Shown: piece after piece, positions 53,962-64,000 of the stretch
How the letters are laid out: each line of letters begins with the position of its first letter
Numbering within the stretch: position 1 is the stretch's first letter
Assembly: GCA_023213395.1 (NCBI GenBank)
Contig: CM041465.1
Span: 123,697,741-123,761,740 of the forward strand
From: Cycas panzhihuaensis
Taxonomy: Eukaryota; Plantae; Cycadophyta
DNA: 64,000 nucleotides
Reading direction: 5' to 3'
Program-made: the position numbers and the translations under genes
The notes under the pieces: model-generated
What the model was told of the DNA's origin: nothing
The model's input: the letters and a program-made list of their open reading frames with translations, nothing else
Database searches by the model: none

Positions 53962-54345
53962 TAGCCTTTTCTAACCCCGCCGAAAAAACAGAAATTAAGC
54001 GACTCCGCTGCAAAAAAATCGAATCGAAAGAGATTCTTTTAATTTCTGCGAGCGGTTTCTTTCACTGCACATGAAACCCCTGCACCAGAATTCCCGCAGC
54101 GCAGCCCCCTCCATGGGACCTATTGGTTAGGGCTGCCACTATATACCCTGATCAACGTAGCCATTTTTTAACCCCGCCGAAAAAACAGAAATTGAACGAC
54201 TCCGCTACCAAAGAATCGAATCGATTGAGATTCTTTTAATTTCTGCGAGAGGCTTCTTTCCCTGCACATGGAACCCCTGCACCAGAATTTTCGGAGCGCA
54301 GGCCCCTTCATGGGACCTACAAATTAGAGTTGCCATTATACCCTA
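53962..54345. repeat. Two ~197-bp CpG-rich tandem copies (possible promoter region)
   Basis: TAACCCCGCCGAAAAAACAGAAATT at 53972 and 54168. Both copies run to CATGGGACCTA...GCCA..ATACCCT. Confidence 0.85.
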
Positions 54346-54347
54346 AT

Positions 54348-54785
54348 CTTTAAAAAATAAAATAAAATAAAATTATATTGTAAAACATTTCATATCCGGC
54401 GCTTCGACTTTTGCATATGGATATATGATATTTTTTTAAATGAGAATCTTTATGGTGTTTTAAAAATAAAATAAAATTGTGGTGTAATGTATTTCATATC
54501 CGCCGCTTTATCTTTTGCATACGGTCATATGATTTTTTTGAAATGATTTATTTTATGGTGTTTTAAAAAATAAAATTAAATTGTGTTGTAAAGCATTTCA
54601 TGTTCGCCCCTTTAACTTTTACATAGGCATACGGACATATGATTTTTTTTTTTAATGAGATTTTTTAGAGTGTTTTAAGAAATAAAATAAAGTTGTGTTG
54701 TAAAGCATTTCATATCCACCGCTTTAACTTTTGCATTCGAGCATATAATGTTTTTAAAATGAGTCTCTTTATGGTGTTTTAAAGG
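54348..54785. repeat. Four ~110-bp tandem repeats
   Basis: TAAAAAATAAAAT...TGTAAAGCATTTCATATCCGCCGCTTTAACTTTTGCAT...TTTATGGTGTTT repeated four times. Confidence 0.88.
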
Positions 54786-55196
54786 ATCAAAGTACACATT
54801 TTCCTTTGCAGCTTATCATTGGAGTGAGATTTCTTCTTCAAACAAAATTTTGGTTTCTTACACGTTTTGGTGGATAGGTGCACGCATATTTCTTTTATCA
54901 AAATATTTATAAATAGTGTATACTCTCAACAATATGCGAATATTGACAAGCACTCTATTAAACAAGAAAGAAGACAATTACTAACATCCATCACTATGGT
55001 TGTCTATAGTTGAAATTCAATATAAATACTTAATCTAGATCTCACTACGTAGATTTAATTTTTTTACAAGAGTAATAATTTATATTTTTTTAAGAGAATA
55101 ATTATTTACGAGAGTAATTAAACCATCCTAAGTGAAAAGTCATAAATAAAATGGATTGAGGCCATTTATCGATGCAAAAATAATATTTAAAAATAG

Positions 55197-58100
55197 TATT
55201 AAAAAAATTAATCAATATTTTACATGATAATTGACCTTTTTTCTATAATAATAATGGCTACTTGTATGTAAATTGGCAGAGTGATATCCTACATGGCAAC
55301 CAATTAAGCAAATTTATAATCAATAAAATAAAATGTCCTTTTTTGATATGTGTAAAACATATTTTGAACCTATATCATATTACATATTTGTGTGATTGGC
55401 ATGTTCCTCTTCCACCTTTAAGCTCAATCTCATATTTTTTTGGTGGCATATAGCTATCTAACAACTTAATGACAAGCAACACAATTATGGACTTGATAAC
55501 TGCACAGTTAACAAGGGTGAAAAAAAATTCCTCCTAAAAATATTAAAGAAATTTTTTATCATGAATGTGGTTGCTACCACCACTCTCAAACAAGCTTGGA
55601 ACACAATCCATTTCTTTATATATAACAAAAGATGATGCCAAAATTCTAGCATTAAGGAACCAACTGTATAGCTTAAAACTAAGTGGGCTCATGATTGATC
55701 ACCTGCAAGAGGTTAAAATGATCAAAGAGTTTGGCATTTTGGTGTGACACCACTTCACACCTCTCCGAAGCATTTTGGCGCTTGCTACGCCTCTCCTTGT
55801 TGAGTTCTATGGATAAACCATTAGAAGACTTGAAATTGGTCACTGCAATAATCAGAACTCTTCCAACATCATATGAAAAACTTTATCACTAATTTAAACT
55901 TGAAGGGAAAGCTAAATAAATTAACTTTCAATGAATTAGAAGGATTGTTGAAGCTAATGGAGCATAAGCTCAAAGACATCACTAGAGAATCATCGAATGC
56001 ACTAGCAGTTAAGTTCAACTATAAACAACCCTTTGTGCCTAAGAGAAACACTATTTTGTTTGAACACAATGTTTAGCACAAGGATCCTAAAGAATAGATG
56101 AAGTGTTAGCACTATGGTAAAATAGGGCATCAGAAGAGGGATTATTAAAGTTATAGCAACAACGGTGGCAATAGTGTCCTCAACAACCTTGGTAATAAAA
56201 CAGGAGGCACAATGGTCTTCATGGTAGTTTTCTAAAGTGCTCATTCATCAGGTAACAGTGAGAAGAGAGGAAAACTTTTTATAACACCATACTTGATTAG
56301 AGATGATGCAATTGATGTATGAATTATTGACTCAAGGGCAACCAGACATTTAACAAGGAGATTGGAATAGTTTGAAAACATGAAAAAGACAATAAGTGGA
56401 TCCATTACAATTGATGATAAATTTGTTCTACAAGTAGCAGGGATTGGTGAAGTTCCAATCCCCATTTCAAAATACATAAATACATACATAAAAAAATATG
56501 TTGTACATACTTGGTTTAAAGGTCAACCTCATCTCAATCTCTTACATCAAGAAACAACAACATATACATCTCATTGGCGAATGTATTATCCTAAACAAAT
56601 AAGGGATGATAGTTATTGATGGAACAAGGATAAATGACGTACATGTTAAATAACAAATTTAAAAATAAAAAAGCCTTCAATATTTTTGTAAATAATGAAA
56701 AACTCTAGTATAAGAGGATGGGCTATTTGAATTATCACAATCTCTAACTTTTATATAAACTTAATATAGTACATGGCATTCATAAAATCAATGCTAAACA
56801 ATGTTTGTATGAAGCACATATGATGGCTAAACAACATCAAGAGTTGTTCCCAAAAAGCAAAGTAATCCTAGAGTTGGTTTATTTCAATATTTACCGACCA
56901 ATGTTAGTTACGTCAATTGGAGGAGCCAAATATTCTCTAACCCTCAGTGATGACTTATTTAAAAAAGTTTGGATTTACCCTATTAGGGACAAGTTGTAAA
57001 CCTTCAAAGTCTTTAAGTAATTCAAGAAGCATGTCAAGAACGAAATAAATCAAAAACTGAAGATTTTGAAGTTGAACAATGGAGATGAGTACACATCAAA
57101 GAAATTCAGTAAATACTATGAAGACAATGGCATCCAAAGACAGTTGACTATAGCCTACACATCCAAACAAAATGCCATTGCCAAACGCATGAATAGGACT
57201 TTAGTTGAAAAAGTGAAGCATGTGATGAAGAGCAAAGATGTTATTGAATACCTTTGGGTTGGTGAACATTGTTGCTTACCTAAATAATCAGAGTCCAACT
57301 AAAGTAATTTAGAACAAAATAGCATAGGAGGCTTGGTTTGGAAACAAGCCTATAGTCAACCATCTAAAAATGTTTGGGAGTATTATATACATGCATACTC
57401 CTAAGGAAAAGCGAAAGAAGTTTGATGACAAAAGTTCTAAATGTATCATCATTAGATACTGAGAAAAAAAGAAGGCCTATAAGGTTTATGAGTTGAAAAT
57501 CAAAAAGATTCATGTAACCAATAATGTCATCTTCGTTGAAAGTGATTAGCAACTTGACTTAGTTTCATTGGACGTGAAACACTTGATTGATTAGTAATCT
57601 CAACCCATTAGTGAGTAACTTGAGTGTTGTTTATCGAGGTAAATGGTTATCATCAACCCTAAACTAGCCAATGAGATCACAAATGCTGATAATACGATGT
57701 GCAAAAAGTTCAATTTTTTGGACCTCAACCAAGAGACAATGAAAAAGCTCAGTCTAGCGTGTCGTAAATTATAATTGCTTTGGAGGATTACTGCGAAGAA
57801 CCATGCCTCAGAGGTCTACCTTCTTCTTCAAAGAAGAAGTTACCCAAATGGTACCTAAAACCATTAATAATGCCAAGTTGCCTAAAACCTAAGATAAAAG
57901 AAAATCTAAATGTCAATTCAAGGACTAAGTTAACTTTGCATTAATGGGTCAAGTTATGAATGTCGATAAGCCTTCCACTTTTGAGAGGGCAATAAAGAAA
58001 TAAAAATGGAAAGTTGTAAGAGATGCTAAAATCCAAGCAGTAAACAAAAATAAGACTTGGTATTTAGTCAACTTGCCACTCAAAAGCAAGCAATTGGATG

Positions 58101-59560
58101 TAAATGAGTCTATAAGACCAATTCAAATCAGATGGCACCATAAACAAACAAAAACCAAACTTATTGCCAAAGGCTTCAAATAGAAAAAATGTATTGACTA
58201 TTAAGAGACCTTTCCACTTGTGGCAAGGATGAGCTTTATCAAAATCTTTTTGGTGATAGCGACCTAATTCAACCCACAGATACACCAAACGAGTGTAAAA
58301 CATGTCTTCCTCAATCAAAACCTGACTAAAAAAATGTACATGGAACAACCACCTGACTATATCAAAAACGGTCAAGTGCACTTAGTATGTCAATTAAAGA
58401 AGGCTTTGTATGGTTTGAAGGCTCCCTGAGCCTAGTATGACAATATTGATTAGTACTTTCACAAAATTGAGTTTGAAAGATCACCAACTCACTCAAACCT
58501 ATACATAAAGGTCTAGAACAAAGATGTAACCTTTATAATATTATATGTGGATGATTTACTGATCACTAGGAATGATATCACAATAATATCAAACTTAAAA
58601 CAAGATTTGATAAAGAAGTTTGAAATGACAAATCTTGGTTTACTCCATTACTTGGAATGGGAGTATTGCAAAGGCTTGGCAAAGTCTTCATTTCACAGAT
58701 TAAATACACTCCAGAGATTTTAAAAAAATTCACAATGGAAGATAGAAGCTTGTTTCAACTACTATGGAGACAAGAGTCAAACTCATAACTTAGAATGATG
58801 AAAATAAGCTAATGGATGGCACCTTATTCAAACAACTAGTTGATAATTCAATTTAATTCACTATAACCAGATCAAATATTTAATATATTGTTGGCATAAT
58901 TTTTAGATTCATGAACTAAAATAATCACTAATTAGCCGCCAAGAGAATTATCAAATATTTGCATGGAATAGTGCAGTATGGACTAGAGTTTGTTCACAAT
59001 GACAACTTCAAACTAGTTAAGTACACAATTTTATATTAGACACCATGTGTTGATAGTAGAAAGTCCAAATTTGGCTATTGTTTCAATCTAAACTTTGCAT
59101 TTGTGACTTGGAGGAGCAAGAAACAACCAAGTGTTGCTCTTTCAATAACTAAAGTAGAATATAAAGTTGCAAAAAAAAAAAAAAGAAATTGCAATTACAA
59201 TAACCTCGAAAGGCATCTGGCTCAAACAAATTCTTGAAAATGGGTATACATCAACAAAAAACGACAATATTGTATTGTAATAATCAAAATGCATTGACAT
59301 TAGTCAAGAATCCAATTTTTCACACACACTAAACACATCGAGGTTCATCATCATTTCGTTGTAATGTTGATCCAAAATGACAACATTGAACTTGTCTACA
59401 AGCTTATAAAAAAACAACTAGCAAAAATCCTCACCAAGCCCCTAGCTTTGGATAAATTCTAAAATTTTAGGGGAGGGTTAGGTATTAAGATCAACAATGT
59501 AAACATTAAGGAAGAATGTTAGAATAACATTAATTTAAATGTTTACATTAATATTCTATT
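55197..59560 (+). mobile_element. Copia-5: old degenerate Ty1/Copia
   Basis: Gag DDAKILALRNQLYSLKL, protease IIDSRATRHL, integrase NNGDEYTS/KQNAIAKRMNRTL, RT LYVDDLLITR, RNase H KHIEVHHHF. PPT AAGGAAGAA precedes TGTTAG at 59517. 5' LTR boundary approximate. Confidence 0.85.
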
Positions 59561-60699
59561 AGTGAGTTGCTTGTAGGTTACCACTCACGTGAAAACCGTG
59601 TACAACCAACTACTCGTTGGTCGTTACACATCACACACAAATATTTGTAACATGAATGTACAAAGTAATGAGAGAGGAATAAAATAAAAATTAATGATAG
59701 ACAAATCCTATTTAACATATACATATGTGATGTGTTTTACTTGTTTTTCCACCGACTCCAACAAAAAATAAAGAGGACAAAAAAAAATTTACTTTAAAAG
59801 GGCGAGGAACCAATTGAATTGGATCTAATTGTTGATTTAAGTTTCCCACTGCACTTGTGGGAAGGGTACACTTGTCAAGGTTACACAGGTTATAGTCTAG
59901 TTTAGGACACAGTCAACATCATTATCCACATATATCACACAGATTTATTAATGTTTCCACATGATTATATCATAATAGCACACAGTAGTACAAAGATCAA
60001 CACATATTCCACATTCAATCCTTGCAAACACAGAGAATACACAATTTCCACGTAACTCTTATTTTATTAAGCAATAGTTCTTTTACACAAAGTGCTAAAA
60101 TGCATTCCAGCGTCATATATTCACTCTGTCACATGCGCACCCAGGAGGTACCCATCAAAATACATGGCGTCAGGTTGTTGTCATGCGTACTAGTCTCCGT
60201 ACCAATGCGTACCGATATACTTGGCTCTCACCCTCGAGAATATACCATAGAATTGAATCACTCGGTTCTCACCCTAACCGAATGGTCCTTGGGAAACCTC
60301 ATAAATACGCTCCTTGGTATCCTTTGACTAAAGGGTTATGACTGTCTGTCATAATCGTACATTTTCAGTCAAGCGTACCCCTTCCTAACCATTGATTAGT
60401 TTCCTTAACTGACTGTCTTAACTCATCCGCAATGCGTCATACATTTGATGTCATCCGGACTTCAAATGCATTTAATCTTCTCATGCGTACTGTTCCTGTT
60501 TGCTTGCATTCTACCTGGAGGTACGTATCTGTGTTGCGTACCTTTACCAGATACGCACCTGTCATACGTACCCAGAATGTTGGATTCTTCACTTTTTGCT
60601 GCATACATACCTTCGTACGGTCCGTACCTACACAGTCCAAGGATACTCGGCCTCTCTCTGGTCTGCTCATAGCCCAGCGTGTCACATTATGCTCCAACA
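59561..60699. mobile_element. Probable ~1.1-kb solo LTR inserted in the Copia-5 3' LTR
   Basis: Abrupt change to CpG-richer sequence with recurrent CGTAC motifs. Ends ...CTCCAACA. Flanks CTATT/CTAAT. The left terminus is not a clean TG. Confidence 0.5.
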
Positions 60700-63600
60700 C
60701 TAATACCAATTAATGTAAACCTAGTTAAAATTCACATAAAATGAATATTCACCTAAGGTTGATTAAAGAGGTATTAGACAATAGAATGCACAACTAAGGA
60801 CAAGTATTGAAAATAAAGATTGACTCGTCATTTTATGAATAGTAAACAAGCTTATATACAAGTACAAAAAAAATGTAGCATAAACCTTGGGTGAAAAACA
60901 ACTCAACGAAAAAAAAAGCTAAGCTACTTTACAAAAAAGTCACAAGCCATTGAATGACTAAACATACTTAATTAAACCTAAAGGTACCTAGTTCCACGTA
61001 AGTAAATTCAAATACATTTATGGTACGTGATACACATAATACAATTCATCAATGGAGATAATGCAAGAAGTGCATATAAACAAATTTAAATACAATCAAA
61101 TCTAAGTTGTATGATATCTTTACAATTCACTAATCATAGAGAATTGTTGAGAGATATATTTGAATCAATCTATGCAAAGAGCAACATTAATTCTTCAATT
61201 TGGGAGAAACTGTTAACATTCCATGGTGTGGACAGAGATTCCACTCTCTCTACCATTTGAAATTTAGGTGTATTTTGTTGGATAGAATTGAAACAAGTGA
61301 TAATCAAACTATATTAATGGTCCAATGAGGTTGTAACATGAAGTTCAAAGTAAATTATTTTTTATTTTGTTATAGTTTTGAAATACATGCAAGTTTATCA
61401 CTTGCGTTACGTTTGTCTATGTAAGGAGCTTGCATTCGCAAACTCCCTTTCTATGTGCTTAAAGAGAGAAAAAATCAGGTCCCTACATGCACAATAATAG
61501 GTAGAGAATGTCATAGCTATACCTGTGAATGAATGCAAGAGCGATGGGTGTCTAATTAGTCCATATTGGACAAGTTCTTCACCTAGAACTATAGAAGGAA
61601 TTCAAGCACTACTAATTGGTATCTCTATTCATGTATTAATGATGATAGATGCATTTCCCATAGAACCAACATTACGGCTATGTAAACTTTGAGTTTAATA
61701 GAGATGATGTAATTTTATTTTAAATAAATTATTAATTATATCAATGAATTTGCAACAGAGTTATATTCTTCTATTAAAACTATTTCTTTAAGATTATTTC
61801 TACAAAAGATGAATTGTATTATAAAATTCAATGACTTAAATGACATGAATCATTTTTGTCTCCGTTGTCATACTAATAACAATCATTACATTTTTACAAT
61901 GGAAAAATTATGAGAAGACTGAACAAGAAATACAATAAAATGTCAAATCATGCTCAACCCTAGTTAACTATTGTTTTATGCTATGAAAACTCATTCCAAC
62001 TAAATTCAATAATGATGAATACAAGTGTAAATTTCCATAAAAGGCAAAAACACAAAATTAAAGTAGTTAATATTCCACTAAAATCAACCTAGGTTAAAAA
62101 ATACACAATCAGCTCCTCAATTAATGGCACATTCTTCACACTTCAACCATTGCTTAGAACTTGCATGGCAAAACGTTATACCTCAGTAAAATAATTTAAA
62201 ACAAAAAAAAAGCTACATAAGCTATGAATCACAAATTAGAAGGAACAACAGATTAAAGATATGTACACCTCCATTATGAAACTGGAAATGACAAGTTACC
62301 ATTCCATCATACAAAATAAGTCATGTTAGGCTTGATTGAGATTACTACTGAATCAAATTGAAACATAACTCGAGAACACGATAAAGAAATGTATTTAAAA
62401 AAACTACAATTAGAAAACTAAGTTTAAAATCTCAAAATCCATCATGCTTCCATTTTTGTTGAATAAAAAAATTCATGAGTTGTTGGGATCAAAAAAATGA
62501 TGTTGATAATTACCATGATTAAACAGTTTGATTCTCCATTAGGTCTCCTATCAATTTTCTCTTTATAAATTTAAATTTCTCTGTGGAGGGCCAACATCTC
62601 ACATACTATGTCAGATTCTTTAAAACTATTAGCAGCAATGTGTTACCTCTGGGAAATGAAATTATTATAGAGTTACCCCAAGTCTAATAGAGTCTAATAA
62701 AGAATATTGCATTTCGAGGCACTTGATGCTCACTCATATGATAGCTTAATTCCCTTTCATTGAAATCAACCCTCTTGCCAAGCAACCAGTACAAGATTTT
62801 AAAACTTGGATTCAAAAATTATGCCTCAAACATTGTATATAACAAATTTGCATTGCCACCATTTCATTAGTTGTCAATTTTCTTTGCTACTTTATATGCT
62901 TTTACATGTTCTCAGAAGGCAACGAGGTTGTAGCATGCTTTTTGAATGAAAGGGACTTCCAATAAGGGAATGATTGTGTGTGTTTTGGTAGTAGCTTCTT
63001 AAATTGGCAATCATCATGTTCAAAATAAGTTCAAAGGTCTCTCACCAAAACTATAACTGAGATTTCCAAATGACATATACATCCCATAAATGCTGATATT
63101 GTTTCTAATGTTATCTTTTGGATCGCTATAAAGATACAACCATGATTCCAAAGAGATGATTTGGTCTAGATGCTCTTTGTACATTCCAATAATTGCCAAT
63201 TGAAGGAGCAAAATTAAATACCAATTCACAGAAACTTAATGCCTCTGGGAAAAAGAATTTGTATTATGTTCCATGCATCATCAAAACCAAAGAACCAAGT
63301 AACACACAAGTGTTCTACATAAGTTGTCTTAAGCTATTGCCTAGAGTGTACTGATTGAAAGAACTGAAGAAAACAGTGCCTCAATATATCTTCAAACAAC
63401 ATGGATTGATTGTAGAAGATGCATATACCAAGTAAAAGAGAACTTTGACATGAAGGCATTGTTTCTAGTGCCAGGAAAGTGTCACCAATTTGATGTTTAT
63501 TTCATATTTCTGATGGTCCCAAATGTTATTGGTTTAAGTGAAGAGGGAATCAATGCATCTTACAAATAAGTAAGACTACACAAGGTTTGCAGAAATAGTA

Positions 63601-64000
63601 GTTTGGGCAGAGAGAAGGTGAACCCAAACTCTTATCTTTATTCTTAGCTTCATGCCTAAGAGCGACAACTAGGCTCAAGCTTTGATCTTTACCTAAACTA
63701 GCATGATTACATAATTGTTGTAATTGAAAATATATATGAAAATTATCTATTGGGGCAAAATCAATATAGACCTCAACTATTGATATTTTTTCTTGGGCTG
63801 TCTACTCCTTGGTATCAAACAAGGTGCCATTCCCTTCCTTTATGTAGTTAATATCCATAAGTAATGCAAGTACCCTTCCTCAATGGTTTACTTACAAGTT
63901 AAAGTTGCCTTAGATAACAAAATTTAATTAAGCTACAAAAAAATGAATCATGGACCCTGTGAATAATGCCCATTGGGACTCATATCCGCCTAGGGTTAAT

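Noticed and set aside
53711-54074. 100-aa and 63-aa ORFs as genes
   Set aside because: They run through a tandem repeat and microsatellites (poly-Y and LS runs) with no recognisable domain.
54348-54785. CRISPR-like array
   Set aside because: Whole units are homologous with no unique spacers, and the context is eukaryotic.
4353-58381. Numerous short ORFs antisense to TE pol regions
   Set aside because: Shadow frames of decayed retrotransposon coding sequence.
60022-60713. Five overlapping ORFs on both strands
   Set aside because: Expected by chance in a GC-richer LTR-like block, with no domain motifs.
60720-64000. Gene exon or LINE remnant around ORF 63020-63229
   Set aside because: No convincing motif or splice-bounded frame in the parts I translated. 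Left unassigned.

Overview
This is AT-rich nuclear DNA from a large-genome land plant. A gymnosperm is my inference, not something the sequence proves. About 55 kb is a nest of decayed LTR retrotransposons. An internally deleted Ty1/Copia (1-1488) has its 3' LTR split by a 38.4-kb multi-LTR array of a non-coding LTR family (1534-39970), bracketed by one TTATA target-site duplication (TSD). Each LTR of that family carries an extra tRNA-iMet PBS about 30 bp inside its U5 end, and one unit is inverted. Three elements inserted into the array. One is a Reina-like chromovirus (2904-16564) that itself contains a Copia (6839-14400). The other two are different minus-strand Copias (17595-23121 and 32306-39892) that landed within 1 bp of the same LTR position. 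The second of these carries about 1 kb of an intron-free plant VIRILIZER (m6A writer subunit) fragment, antisense and fused directly to its PBS through a 6-nt overlap. Further right are an Athila/Tat-like Gypsy split by a gag-less CRM-like Gypsy, a CpG-retaining island with a candidate first exon of a minus-strand gene (about 53.3-54.3 kb), another decayed Copia with a probable solo LTR in its 3' LTR, and about 3.3 kb of unassigned sequence. No intact protein-coding gene, RNA gene or CRISPR array is supported. Protein-family calls come from motif recognition by eye, not database searches.
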